From contig NC_043004.1 of the NCBI RefSeq assembly GCF_006345805.1, positions 22,382,001-22,446,000 of the forward strand: a DNA stretch of 64,000 nucleotides, read 5' to 3'. Within the stretch, counting starts at the first letter, position 1; each line of letters starts with the position of its first letter. Shown in pieces: positions 24,010 through 38,229 of the stretch. The notes beneath the pieces were generated by a model that saw only the letters and a list, made by a program, of their open reading frames with translations, had not been told where the DNA came from and ran no database searches. Both the position numbers and the translations under genes were made by a program. The stretch comes from Octopus sinensis. Lineage: Eukaryota.

Positions 24010-24495
24010 TACTTTCAGGACAAATGTTATATGATACACCCATTGACGTCCCATTGAAAATCGAAGCAGAAAATTTTCCAGAAATTCTAATACAACCAAC
24101 CAATTTTTCTTTCTCACACGGAAATTCTAACATACAATCCACACCATACACTGTTCATTCATCACACCAGGAACAATCATTTTGTTTTGTCAACCAATTC
24201 TTTCGAAGATGTTTATATTTATGGCAGTTTGAACTTATCAGTTTCGCAGGAACTAATGGCACAAATAACAACATTGTATTCACCACAAACAAATAGTATT
24301 CCTACGATTCAATAAGTTCATATAATTAATCCCCAAGTTGGCGCACAAGATCGTGGCCTTTTTGCCCTGGCGTATGCTTTTGAATTGGTCCTTGGAAACG
24401 CTCCAGAGAAGTTTCTATTTTATCAGTCAAAAATGTGAGCACATTTAAGATTTTGTCTCGAAACCAATAAATTTGTTCCTTTCCCGAAAATAAAG
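24010..24495 (+). pseudogene. Ulp1/C48-like cysteine protease relic
   Basis: LLSGQMLYDTPID...ENFPEILIQ, then a frameshift, then FIHHTRNNHFVLST...VYIYGSL...PQVGAQDRGLFALAYAFELVLGNAPEKFLFYQSKM*AHLRFCLETNKFVPFP. This follows the His..(Asp)SL..Q...DCG(L/V)F order. The catalytic Asp and Cys positions read G and R, and there are two stops. Confidence 0.7.
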
Positions 24496-25581
24496 GCTTT
24501 TTTTAATGTCTACAAACTCCACAGAAGTCACTCACTTTCTCTCACCCACCCAGAAATGGATTACCCCTAGAAAGCCGATTAAAAATTATAACTTCTGACA
24601 TAAACATTCAGAATAAATTTTATCACCCAATAGGTTCCGTGTTTTAAGTGAAGATTGCGAGTAAAGCCCAAAAAGTAGTCGGGAATCTAAGGAGAGTAAG
24701 ACTCTGAAAACCACTTGCCTGAGAAAAACCATCACACTTGAGAATAAGTCGGTCATAAATTTATCGAAACTAAAACTTTCGCCCGGCGATATCTTACAGC
24801 TTGGATCAACGCAGTCATTACAGTCACCCGTTAATAATTATGTGCAATTTCTTTTCTAGGAAAATCCCTAGCCAGCGAACCTTACATAGAGCATTAAATG
24901 GCCATCAGTTTGAAATCATTACAGTTTCCACAGCTACTCACATTTAACTTTATTACTTTACCATCTGAATATAGGATGATCCTGATATTCGCTAGACGTA
25001 TAGTGTACTGAAACTACACTAGCATATTATCTGGCCGGTCCGGACCGGCCAAAAGCGTTGTACATCTCGTAGACGACTAGAATGTGCCTTGGAATTCTTC
25101 GTTGCACTGACCGCTGCAACACATAGGTTTAGGAACTTAAAGTCGTACGGAAAGTACCCTTGAGTCAACATCGATAGGAGAGTGTGTTCACTTGTACAGT
25201 CCACTCTTAACTGTGATATTTTCTTCTGTGAGGATGTGGCAGAAGGCTACCCTCGTAATCTTTTACCTGCCTACACCTAAAATTTCCGCTCAAACCGCAT
25301 CTAAAGTAAAGCACACCATGTGAAACTAATTTCATTAGTTTCTAGAAGCCTCCTTGCATGGTTTACATCACTAGTGCGCCTGTTTGTCTTCCGGGGAGAA
25401 TAATTTATTTCTGCTCCAACAGTTATGTGTTTGTATTTTAATGATGAATCCCATTAACTTTCAATTGTCTTTCTGAGCAAAATCGTAACTGAACACCATT
25501 GCTCGAATTCATCTCATTACAACTTTTGAACATTTAAAAAAAAGCATTATATGCCCAATGGCCAGTAAGACCAGCAACGGC

Positions 25582-25583
<2 letters not shown>

Positions 25584-25667
<84 letters not shown>
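25584..25667. repeat. (ATT)n microsatellite
   Basis: Directly visible. Confidence 0.97.
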
Positions 25668-26809
25668 CTGTGGTGGTAGTAGTAGCAGCAACAATTATTT
25701 ATCATGGTAATTTGATTGTTATGGTGATACAGAAGTAATGGAAATTCTTTGTACTACATATTCCCTTATAATTTGTGGCGATGATGAAATTCTGTATTTT
25801 ACAATTGAGATTAGAAAATGCAAAAAATAAATTCATAAGCGTTTCGAAGTAATTCGTTTTACTCCGCAGAAACTTAACGCCAGTGATATTTATATATTTT
25901 TTTTATATTTCAAAAAACAAAAAAAAAATAATGATAAACGTTTGATTATCACATCCAATTAATAACAGACATTTTAAAAACACTATTCTAATTCTATTTT
26001 GCTAAGGGCTAGATTTTTCCATAATAATCATAACAACAAGAACAACAACAACAATAATAATGATGATGATCATAATGATGATGAGGGCGATGATAATTAT
26101 GATGTTGAGGAGGAGGAATATAAATAATAATTCTTCCCAGTTTTTTGGAAAAATATTATTGTTATTGTTGATGTTCTTGTTATGTTTACTATTATTATTA
26201 AAATTTTAAAATGATAATGATAAAAATTAGTAGCAACAGCTACAGCAGGAAAGGAAAAACAGAGAACAGCAGTAACAACAATAATAATCTATTTAAATGT
26301 TAATGCTTGTACATAATTATCGATTTGGGAGTGATTATCAAAGAAAATAAATTTCCGAAACAAATCTGTTCTTACATTACAAATGCAGTATTTAGTTGTT
26401 GTCGTCAATGTTGTTGTTTTAGCTCTTCACTGTAATAGTAGTGATGGTGGTAAACTGTGTTTGCAGTGGTGTAAAAGTTAAAACGTTGGAAGTGTAGTAA
26501 TCATTGTGGTGGGGTGATGGTGGCTGTCTGAAATGTTTTATTATAGACCGAGTCGATTTGATTATATTAATATAGTTTTATATATATTTCTGTTTATCTA
26601 TCTAGGGAGTAAATCCACTCATGCGAGCAGGCACATGCATACAAATATGTATGGAGTAATGATGTATGACTGAATATGAATGTATGACTACATATATATG
26701 TTAATTTGAAAATGTTTGCGACAATTTCAATTGAAAATTACGTGCGGAAATAAATGCCTAAGAATTGTTCTTTTGCTCTACCTTACTAAACCAATATGTT
26801 TATCTATCT

Positions 26810-26925
<116 letters not shown>

Positions 26926-26957
26926 GTAATATATGTATATGTAATATATGTAATATG

Positions 26958-27140
26958 TGACAATTATTCGGTAGCCATGATAAAACTCAGTTTCGAATGT
27001 CAGGGTGGAAATCCACGCCGCCATCTCTTCAGTTGTCCGGCCATCTTTCCGATGGCCGCATAACTGAAGAGAAAGCGGAGTATATTTCCACCCCGACGCC
27101 CGAAACTGGGTGTTTTATCATGGCTACCAAATAATTGTCA
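26958..27140. repeat. ~183-bp imperfect palindrome (arms ~88 bp, centre tttcc)
   Basis: tgacaattatt..ggtagccatgataaaac...ggccatc / gatggcc...gttttatcatggctacc..aataattgtca. Confidence 0.9.
27060..27118 (+). ncRNA. Type I hammerhead ribozyme-like motif (mirror copy on - strand at ~26980-27036)
   Basis: AUAA / CUGAAGA (27064-70) / decayed stem II / GAAAC (27102-06) / loop UGGGU / GUU / UUAU. Confidence 0.65.
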
Positions 27141-27465
27141 GATACTACATTTCCAGATAAATACCGGTATTTACATAATATCGAGGTCTCTTTCTTTTTT
27201 TGTCTTACCATTTCTATCAATATATATATATATATGTATATATCTATCTATATATGTATATTTATAGCCATTTATTTATATATAGTGTATGTATATATGT
27301 GTGCGCATACAACATATATATATGTACATGTATGTATAAATAAATCTGCCTGCATATATGCAAATGAGTAAACAAAATTTTGCGTTTGTATATAAGCGTG
27401 TGTGCATGTGTGAGTGTGCGTGCATGCTATTGTTTACGATATAGGTTTCGAATCTTGTCAAAGCG

Positions 27466-27605
27466 GACAAGTTCGGGGAAAGGGTAAATTGTTCCCATCG
27501 ACTTCAGTTTCCGACTGGTACTTATGTTATTGACTGCGAGAGAATGAAAGGCATAGTCGACCTTGGAATTTGAATGTTAAGCATTTTGCCCAGCTCGCTG
27601 CCTTA
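27466..27605 (-). mobile_element. SINE family B fragment (decayed)
   Basis: 'ctggtacttat...gaatgaaaggcatagtcgaccttggaatttgaa...aagcattttgcccagctcgctgcctt'. Confidence 0.65.
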
Positions 27606-27629
27606 CGTTTGTATATAGTATTGTATATA

Positions 27630-29800
27630 TACATGTCTCTCTTGTATACTCCTTTTCTTACTTTTACCAAATATAGCATTTTCCCAATGCGTTTCGTTAT
27701 CACGCCATCTTCCCACCTTTGTTTTCCGTTCTTATATACATTTTAACCAAAATTTGAAATATCTTTTTGTACTGTCCATTTCAGTTTTTCTTTCCTTACC
27801 AGGAAGCAATTTGTCGATGACTTATCTTATTTTCCACGCAAACACCAGGCCTGCCGGCGACATAACTGCTGGTGCGTTTGGATTTGGTGTCACTCGGAAT
27901 ACTCTTAGGAATTGATGTATATCTACCTCATCTGTAACTTCCTTATTCGACTTTATTAGGGCTCTCTTGAACGTATCGACAAAGCGTTCTGCTTGTCCGT
28001 TAGATCTGGGAAGGTATAGCGCAGTATTTACATATTCAACAGCGAACATTTTACGAAACATTTTAAACTCAAAAGACACAAATTACGTTCCATCATCAGA
28101 CACTATAATCGGAAATTATCGTCTCATGCAGCTCAATGTGTAATCTCGACCACGGAACATCTACTTTTGGCCAATGTTCACTTTTCATGGTCGGTAATTT
28201 TGCTGCTGGAGCACATCCTCTCTAGCCTTTCACTAATGTTTCGATTTCTCTATCCAATTTTGGCCAGTGCAAGTAGCTATGCATTAAAGCCTTCATCCTG
28301 AACATACAAGGATGTCCAAAATGGAATTCCCTCAACATTTTATTTAGCAATGTTTCAGGTATTACTACTCTCTGTGCATACATCCGCACGCCACCACAAA
28401 TTGAATATAGTTTCACGTCTTGGTTTCGTTTTGCACCAATCCTGTTCCTATTTTCTTTACCTATTCACGGTGTTCTTTTCATTTCTGTCATGAATTTGTC
28501 CTTTTCCGCATTTTCTTTTATGTCTCCAAAGGCCAGCGTTTCGGTATCAGTCAAGACAAATCATCCGCATACTCTAGTTTTTTTGACGGTAGATATTCCA
28601 TTTTTTAATCGTAATTCAATAGTAAACTAAGGCCCTATCGCCTTAGTTTATTCGCTGCGTGTATTGGTATTTCTTTCTTAGAACCGTATATCAACAGTAG
28701 TGGACGATGATATGTTTGTAGACAGAAACTTCTTCCATGAATAAATCTATGGAGGTTTTTCACACCAAATATGATTGCTAACGCTCCCTTTTCTATTTCG
28801 CTATAGTTCCTGTCTGCTGATAATAACGATCATGACGCATGGGCTATAGCCTTTTTTACTCCCATCATCATATTTGTACTGAAGTTCCTACACCGTAATC
28901 ACTCGCATCTGTAGCCAATATAATATACAGCTGCGGATAAAAATGTGTTACCTATCAGTTCGATGTTAAAATGATGTTTTTAATTCGTCAAAAGCGTTCT
29001 GGCACTTACCAGTCCAGTATCGTTTTGTATTTTTCTTTAACAAATCACTTAGTGGGGCCTTTACATTGTGTATATTGGGGATACAGATATCGTAGTAATT
29101 TACTGATCCCCAAAATGTTTGTAACATAGTCACGTTTTTCGGCGTGGGCATATTTTTACCGCAGTTGCTCTGGGTGAGTTCGGTTTCCACCCGGTTTTAT
29201 CTATTATATGTCTCAAGCAAACTTTTTTTCAGTAAGAACTCACATTTTCCTTCAATTCACTTAAAATTGTATTCTTTTTTCTTTTCTACAGAACATGTTC
29301 TACATGTTCGTCTGATTCACTTTTTATTAGGATATCGTCTAAATAGGCTATAGCAAAATCACTGAGCTCCAGCATTGTATCCATTACGTTTTGAAATATG
29401 GAAATGGCCACCTTTACACTGAAGTTGCTTAATTTAAATAAGCCACGATGTGTATTAATGACTAATAAGTGAGAGCATTCTCCTACTTGGATTTGTAAAT
29501 ATGCTTCCGAGAGGCCTAATATTGAGAATTTCCCTCCATTCAATATTCTGAACATTTCCTCAGAATTTGACAATGGGGCGTTATGAGATTAAGCAATCGT
29601 TTAATCCCGATGAGAAATCTGCACAAACTCTTCACTTGTTTTTCTTTTTCATGTAGACCGTAGGTCCTGCTGTAGATTGTACTTTCTCGTGGTTTTCAAG
29701 GTGGTATACATCGAAGCTGGCATTATCCACTAGTTCCCGCATTAAATTTCGTTTAATGCCGAAAGTACTGCGTATGACTTTCCAGGATCGTCCAAATAGA
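27630..29800 (-). mobile_element. Decayed Ty3/Gypsy LTR-retrotransposon pol (RT-RNaseH-integrase)
   Basis: RT: EEMFRILNGGKFS..LSEAYLQI, INTHRGLF, YLDDILI. RT/RNaseH connection: LQTFWGSVNYY, W...CQNAF. Integrase: RVVIPETL..MLREFHFGHP, NGQAERFVDTFKR, and C-terminal YKNGKQRWEDGVI..RIGKMLY. Many stops and frameshifts; no LTRs recognised. Confidence 0.9.
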
Positions 29801-30093
29801 TAAATCTATATATCTCTATTCTATCCGCGTCGTTGAAATTAGTAGAGACGAAATGCTTTCAGACATTCCTTGTCGTTAAGTTATTTTAATTGTGAATATT
29901 CATTGTGACCCTGTTATTTCTTGTCTGAAACTAGTTGTGTTTGGAATCCAAAGTAGCGAAAAGTTTCCTGGTCAACTGAAAACTAGGTGCTATTGTTATC
30001 AGTGTTCCCTGTTTAGTAGAATTTTGAAGTATTATTTTATCTAGTGCCTATTTCATTGCGCTGAATTTTATATCATTTTTATTTACCCCATTG

Positions 30094-30141
<48 letters not shown>

Positions 30142-30694
30142 CTGTGTGTGTGTGTATATATATATCAGTATGTGTGTGCGCATGTTCGTGTATGTGAAAC
30201 CGTTAGCCCCGACACGTTTTTCTCTCTCCATTTTGTTTTCTTGTTCCTGTTTTTCGAAGTGTTTAGGCTCAAAACATGAAGGATTTTTCGTCAAGCTACT
30301 ACACCGTGTTTGTTGTTTTTCCACCTGTTTCTCTTCTTGTTTTTGTACATTTCGACCATGTGTAAGTATGTATAATCACAAAGACGCATAGAGTTTGGTT
30401 TTGAGTTTGTGTGTGTATGTGTGTGTGTGTTTGTGTGCGCGCGCACACTCATGTGTAAATACATATCTTTCAATTTTTAAAAGACTAAAAGTAAATTTAG
30501 AATATACAATCCTATTTCAACTAGTTCTTTTTTTTGTGGGGAGATACGTGTGTTTCATCGATATATTTCGATGACCAACAATACTTTCTGACAAATAAGA
30601 AGTATTAGTAATCCTATCCCTGCATAGTGTTAGTAATAATCGATTTTTGGTTCGAGACATCAATATTTTGTTTTAAATATACCTGATGTTTTCA

Positions 30695-30741
30695 CTTATA
30701 TTTACACATGTTTTTCTACTTTTTCTTTTTTGCAGGTAAGT
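30695..30741 (+). promoter_or_regulatory. Candidate recursive splice site (3' splice site fused to consensus 5' splice site)
   Basis: A ~21-nt polypyrimidine tract, then GCAG (30732-35), immediately followed by GTAAGT (30736-41). Branch-like CTTAT lies upstream. Confidence 0.45.
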
Positions 30742-31544
30742 GATAATTCTATTTTTACAAGAACTGAAATTTTACGAGACAAGGAAGTGGGGAAGTATAT
30801 AAATATGTGAGGTAAGGATATATTGCGACATTTCAATTATATTAGATATTTTCTCCGTATATACACATACCATTGTTTTTATCGCGTCTGTTTATTTGTT
30901 ATTGCAATGTTGTAATTCCCTTGTTTCTGTTTGCTTCTATATCAAATTATATCAGTTTAGTGAACCAGTGCGTTAGTGGAAGTCTTTTTACTCGGCTTGT
31001 AAACAGCCTCAGGTGTCTAGACATGATCCTTATAAATAGACTGCCTATATCACATGAAATTTTATTTCGTGCATCAGCCGTTTCGCTATAGTCTCTCTTG
31101 GTGAGCTCTTCATAAAAAAAAAAAAAACGTTGTGTTGTTTATTACCGCCCAGTTGATAGCGAATGTACTTTAGATGTAACTTCAAAATAGCTTACTTCGG
31201 TTAACACCGAAGACGATCAATCTGGTTTTAAAGAGAAAAATTTATTAGCAAAACAATCTACGCTTTGTATAATGGTTGTAAATAGATTAAGAAATCGTAC
31301 AGAATGATATACATCACAACATTGCGGATAATTTAGAGGAACACTGACCGACCATTCATTGAATTTAAACGGAAAACATAAACTTTCAAATATTTATCTG
31401 CAATTGATGCGTTACAGACACAAACCGATTTATTACCAATGTAAATGTAACATAAAAACATCTATATCAAAAATTTTAAATTTAAATTATCAATATATGT
31501 GTGTGTATTTGTGTGTGTGTATGTAACAAATATTTATAAAGAGA

Positions 31545-31582
<38 letters not shown>

Positions 31583-32816
31583 CACACACACAAGTATACA
31601 TGCATTTATGCATATGTGTATCTCTATATTTATATACATGTACATATCTGTGTGTATGTATGCATAGATCCTCGCTCACATACACACGCAATAATAATCA
31701 TGTATACGTGTGTATGCGTGAAAGGAAAGTGAAGATTTTGAAATTAATGGTAGTAGGTTTGTACGGAGTTATACAATGGCACAGAAAAAATTAAAAGAAA
31801 TTGGATAAAAAGAAACGACATTGATATATTTTGGCTCAATATAAGCTTAAACAGCAAACTATTTTCTCTTCATATGAATAGAATTTACCGACGAACGAGA
31901 TATGGAATTTGTATGTAAAATGGTGAAACGTAAACGATATTATTTAATGAATATCATTATTTTAATTACTTTGCCAAAATAGAAGATAACAACGGCTGGT
32001 TATCAGCATCAACGTCATATTTATAATCAAATTAAGTATCATTTTTCATCCTGATGTAGTTTGTGTATATCATCTCGACCCATTTCTTAATTCCGAATTA
32101 TGATTCTTCAAGACGGGTTGGATAACTACACCCGCATGTATAATTACAATGTTGAATTATGTTATTAAATTCTCTGCTCTGTGATGGCTTTCGATTAATT
32201 GAATTCTATTCCATTAGGGGTAAATATTTTCTACACAGGCCCTCTTGAATAATTAATGACATATGGTCTCAGAGATGCGAATTACACAATGTGAATCTGC
32301 AGATGATTTTCAAAAGACTGTTCTCTCTTCTGCAGACAATATGATGTTATTATATATTGGACATTACAACAATTGTGGCGTCTATAGATTCTTCTTAACT
32401 GATAATGCTTTGAGGCTTCAAATAAATGTTTAAGGGGTCGGATAGCGACAGTTATTAAATAATAAATACAGTCAGCAACAAATGAAATATTTAAGAAGAA
32501 ATAAATGTAATGGATAAATGGCTGAAGAATCAGCTTTTAATTGGAATGGAGAATATTAGCGGGATGTTTTGACAGCCGGGACTTATGACTAAACATAAAT
32601 CTGATTTGTAACTAATGCAAACGTGCTACCAAATGTAAAATGCAACAGCTGGACAAGTGCCTCATATTTGCCTCGTGTTTATTGTTGATTTGCCGGCGGA
32701 ATTTCAGTAGTATACAGTAGATTTTTATACATGTATGTATATATAATGCATAAGTATGTGTGTATGTACGTATGCATGTATGGATCGATGTATGTATGTA
32801 TACGTGCATATATATA

Positions 32817-32941
<125 letters not shown>

Positions 32942-34710
32942 CAACATATGTATTTCTTTATGAGAGGAAAATATCTCTATTTTGTAGGATTAGAGAATCC
33001 TAGAATATACTACCGCTGAAACATGTGTTCTTTGTCGTGATGTACCAAATACATTAAGTGGCTTCTACAGACTACACTGTCATAATAGCAAATATATACA
33101 ATACTTTTTTGACGTATAAGCTTGACATGTTTGTCTTATCTCAACTCATATGTGCATTATAGACATTGTGGTAGATATATAAATACCAATAGAGATGCGT
33201 TTAATAGTCCTGTATGTTACTGAAATTCTTGAATATTAAGGATTATAACACTCTGTTATACGAATTATAATTAGCTAAAACGTAAACAATAAGGTGTTGA
33301 CGTTGCCTATCATTGTGGAAATTGAGGGCTCAGTTATTCAGGAAGAAAAAAGTTATTCACAGTTATTCAGGAAGAAAAAAGAAGACGCTTATGTTTCTTA
33401 TTTTGATAATTAAAGTGTTCATAAGCCACTTTTATGCTCAATAATACGACCAGTGAGAGATGCGTGGTTCGAATGCGTTGATGTGACCTGCATTTTCTGT
33501 TGCTTTAACTCATATCTGACTGCGAACATATTGCTGCGCTTTCATGTAATATACGGAGAGTATTGAAGAGATAGTGAGAGAGTACTAGATACATACAAAA
33601 ATATACATGTGTGTATGTGTGCGTGTGTGTGTATGTGTGTGTAAGAGAGAGAGGCAGAGAGATTGTGTATGTATGCCTATGAAAATTTGCTATATTCCTT
33701 TTTAATTATATACTGAATCATTCTGAAGCTAGTCAATATAATCGCAGGTAAAAGGCAATCTAATACAAGTGCTATCTACACAACACAATAAAAGGATTAA
33801 TTACAATAGAGAATAATCAAATCTTTATCCAAATATTTCCATCTGGCTATTAACAAGGTCTCATTATGTTTGCTCTGCTATAGATGACTTCGGACTTCAC
33901 AACATGTAGGTTTATTCAGTCAGTTGCAATATAAATTATTTCCTACAGTGAATTATTACAGTTTTCTTAAGATGTGTGGACATCGGTAAACATAGCATAC
34001 GGATGCTTACTGGAATATTCTGCTGCCTGAAATATTGTGTAATAACAGTGTATACAATGTTGTTGTAAATTATACGGAGAAGATGTAATAAATCAGCGTT
34101 ATGAAAGAGTGCATCAACTCCTTGTGTTGATCCAACCATTTTATAACTATTTTACAGAGTTTATCAATGAATTATTTTCATTAGTGTATGATTACAGCTT
34201 GTCACTTCCAGAGGATATGACCTAAGTTCGTATTATGTGAAAGATAAAAATCCCGCTGTCTCAAGCAAAGACACTTCGGGAAATAGAAAGAAACTAATTG
34301 TTAATGGAACTCTCTTGTGGTCATGGAAAGTATTCCTGAACTCTGCTTTTTATTTTTTATAGAAGTTCACGAGTTATCGGAAACCCCAAACCAGGCTTTA
34401 TTATGATATTGTAATACTTGCTTAAGATATTACTACGTCCTAATTTCGACTCTACTAAAGACTATTTCATTTACTAAATACGAGCCATCCTAGTGGTTGT
34501 ATGCAGTTTACTGCTTGGTAACATTGACTCGCAAATATTAACGTTATATTACAATACCATCGTAGAAACAGAAATCGTTGTAAATAAGTCATGAAGTCGA
34601 AAAGTATCTGATATCTCAAATCATCGATATCAGATGAAGTAAGATTTAGCTTATGAAGGAATATGCCTCGCTACATTTTTGTCTCTCTACAATACATACA
34701 TACATACAGG

Positions 34711-34767
<57 letters not shown>

Positions 34768-34799
34768 ATATACTTCCTACCTATACATCCATGTTGGGT

Positions 34800-35190
34800 C
34801 TAGAGAAAGGGGTTGTGTCATTGGCCTATGCAGACTCTCCAACGCATGTGAGACCGATGCTCTCTTTGAAGCACTAAAAATCAATACTCATACGCAAGTT
34901 ATGGGTAAGGAGTAAATTCCAGAGTACTGACGTTTACAGGAAAAACAGACTTGGCATATTATTCTGTACGGGGCTTGGAGGGCTGGACGCAGCAGGGCAG
35001 GGTTGATGGGAGAAGGAAATATGCTACTTAGGTTGGCTTGGGTATGCCTGAGTAGAGGTTGCATATGCCCAGCTAGCACCAAGGACCACAAACCATTATA
35101 GTAGCGATTGAAAAAGCAGAGAAAAGAAACAGTAAGTTGGTGGGCCAGAAACTAAAGCCTGTCCATTAATGACGTTCTGCCAATTAACCG
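34800..35190 (+). mobile_element. Possible highly decayed RTE-type LINE 3' relic
   Basis: GC-richer block containing IILYGAW (cf. ILLYG.E.W). Otherwise poorly resolvable. Confidence 0.3.
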
Positions 35191-35969
35191 CGTCACATTT
35201 TTCTAGGTGTAATATTGGATGGATTTATCCGCATTACCATCCCAGATGTAAAAACAATACTAAATTATAAGCCTCACCTGAGTTTTTGAGAGTGTCAATA
35301 GAGTTGGGATTTTAAATATCTTTTGCCTCTGAAACGAAGGTACAAGGGTGGGATGCGTTCTTTACTATGTAGCGAATATCGTTTTCCTCAAAATAGTTCC
35401 TCTGTAACAATAAGGTCCAACAGCATGAGTGAACGAGAAGTCTCAAATGAGTGCTGCTTGTAATGTTTATTAATATGATAGCTATAGTCGCATATAACAT
35501 GCATAATATGAATATACATTTTGAACATTCTGTAGAGCTGTGCAACATTTGATTATATGATCGAGATACAAAATATATTTCGTAAAACAACATTCTTCAC
35601 CAAAATAGCAATGCATTATACTTCAAACAATATTTCAGTCTAATTTCTGCAATTATTGCACATACATTATTAATTATATATAATCACTATACAAAGTAAT
35701 GCAAAAGTGATCAATCTAAACGTAAAAATAGTTATTAACATGAACGCTTTAAAGTTTTCCTCATTCATTTCCATTTAAAATATATTCACATGTATCAGCG
35801 ACAGAAATATATTTATCTATTTAATTTAATTTAAGTAATTTATTTCCATGGTTCTCGCCTCTCCTAAAATTCAAAAATCACTCTGAGCTGTAGGTAGAGA
35901 TTTACACTTCCAATTCATAGATAAAGAGATCAATTATACATGTATGCATACACACAACAGGGCGTGTGT

Positions 35970-36009
<40 letters not shown>

Positions 36010-37933
36010 AGCGAGAGAGATGTAGACAGATACGTACAAATTTAATAATATATCACTGTATAGCTACAATCACAGGTATATGTGATATATATGTGCGCAC
36101 ATGTAAATACACGCATTTATATGTATGGGTGTGTGTCTGTGTGGGTGTGTGTCTTCATATATGAAAAGATGGAGACAGAGAGGGAGATATGATAAATCTA
36201 TAATTTGTGCAATCTTCTGCATAAAAGTTTTTGCAAATTGTTGAGTAGAATACTTCTGCTGAAGGTAGTTATTATCTTATTTTACTAAATTTTAGTTAAT
36301 ACAAATTAAAGTGAAAATAGATGTTAATTATTTGATAGAAATTTCCTTTTACATGAATGTAGTATATCATGATAATGATTAAGAGTGAAACTGAATTTAA
36401 TTGGAGTAATATTCAGATATTTTATACTAAAACGTATTATTACTGGATTAAGAATTTATTAAGATATACATTTGAAATATCTACGTTAAAATTATGTCCA
36501 TAAATTTACAATGCTTTTCTAACATCAGGCGAAGAAAATGATCACTATCATTCTGTTAGAGGGCAAACATCGTCTACATTCTCTTAGTTTCAGAGATATA
36601 TTCAAAGCTCTTCATAAAGAGGAAATCTAAGCGATAGACGTCATGCTTTTCCTAAGAAATAAGTGCATTGGAATTGCATGAATCCTAATTAAGGACCACG
36701 AATTAATCTAATACACTAATTATTTCATTGTTTTGTATTTCAGCGCTCTTTCAACTTTACTATTGTGCTCTTCCTTTATTCTGAGTTTATTCTTTCCATC
36801 AGAAAGTATTGTATATATCGGCCATCTGTCACCTAGTCTGTATCTCATATATTGTATTCCAACCTAAATCTTGGTGATTTACGTTTGTTGATCTTTACGA
36901 GTCTCCAGACAGCATTAAATCAGTCTATTAACATATTGATCAGTTGATAACATTTGATATCACCGCGTACGGAATTTACAGAAAATATTTTATTATCTGC
37001 AGCGGCTCTGTAATGTGAACGATGTCACTAGTCATTTGGAAAGTAACTTACTTACTTTGCGTATTCTCTTACAAGATGTGCACTTAGAATAAGCGTTATT
37101 TTAACTGTTTGATTTACTTTGACATAGAGCCAAACGGTTTCATATTATCTAAAGTAGGGATGGTCATTGATTAAAATCTGCTACAAGCATTCATACAATT
37201 TTAGCTACCTGTGTTTAAAGATTACGCGCTACACACTTTTCTTCCAAGCACTGCAGTAAACAACAAAGTGAGCTGGAACGTTTAAACTTCGTATGCATGC
37301 ACAGCAGAGTATAAGGTCAATCTGTGCCAATCTGCGCACTTTAGTTTCGTCTCTATAGCAAAAATCCGGAAACTTATTGATCAGATCTCCTATACACATA
37401 AAACAAATTTATGTTGCTCCAAGAATGATAGCATGAATACAAAATATACTTGATACCGACTGAATAATCATATACGTCTGTTGATGATTTATGATAAATT
37501 TATTATATTACTTGCATACGCCCGCACGCACACACATACATACCTACACAAAAACACACGCACATGCGTGCTCAAACACACCGCTATTTATGAACATATT
37601 CACGAATCAATGTTTGAAATGATAATAAAGGAGCACGAGTTATATCGTCAATATCCATGAAGTCCCTACAATACATAAACAAAAATATACTAGAATTCAT
37701 TTTAAATTATAGCTTTTCTGATAGGGAAACTGTTACTACATGAAATATGGATGCTTTCTGCCAATAACCAGACAATAGAATTTCTTGTTTATTAACTAAA
37801 GGCATTCTTCTTTAAAACCATACATCTTTTAAACAGGTTAGACTTCATTATTCAGTATTCATACACACACCATTGCGCGCGCATAGATATACATGCATAC
37901 ATACAAACACACACACATATATAAACATGCATA

Positions 37934-37971
<38 letters not shown>

Positions 37972-38064
37972 CATAGACATATATATATATATACATATAT
38001 ATCTATATATATATATACATACATAGATATAAATATATATATGCACATACACACACACACACAC

Positions 38065-38115
<51 letters not shown>

Positions 38116-38229
38116 GGCGAAGACATGTCTCAATGTTCTTATGTGATGTGATCTCGACATTTGTAGGGAACGTATTGCACGGGGACCTAGCTTTGGTTGA
38201 ATTGTAAACATAATACCTATATCATTTGG

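Noticed and set aside
27625-27665. Purine tract followed by TG, resembling a Gypsy PPT and 3' LTR start
   Set aside because: It translates as the integrase C-terminal region (KVRKGVYKRDMY). No LTR pair could be identified.
28093-28099. CTGATGA on the minus strand
   Set aside because: It encodes the integrase VSDDG motif and has no hammerhead fold.
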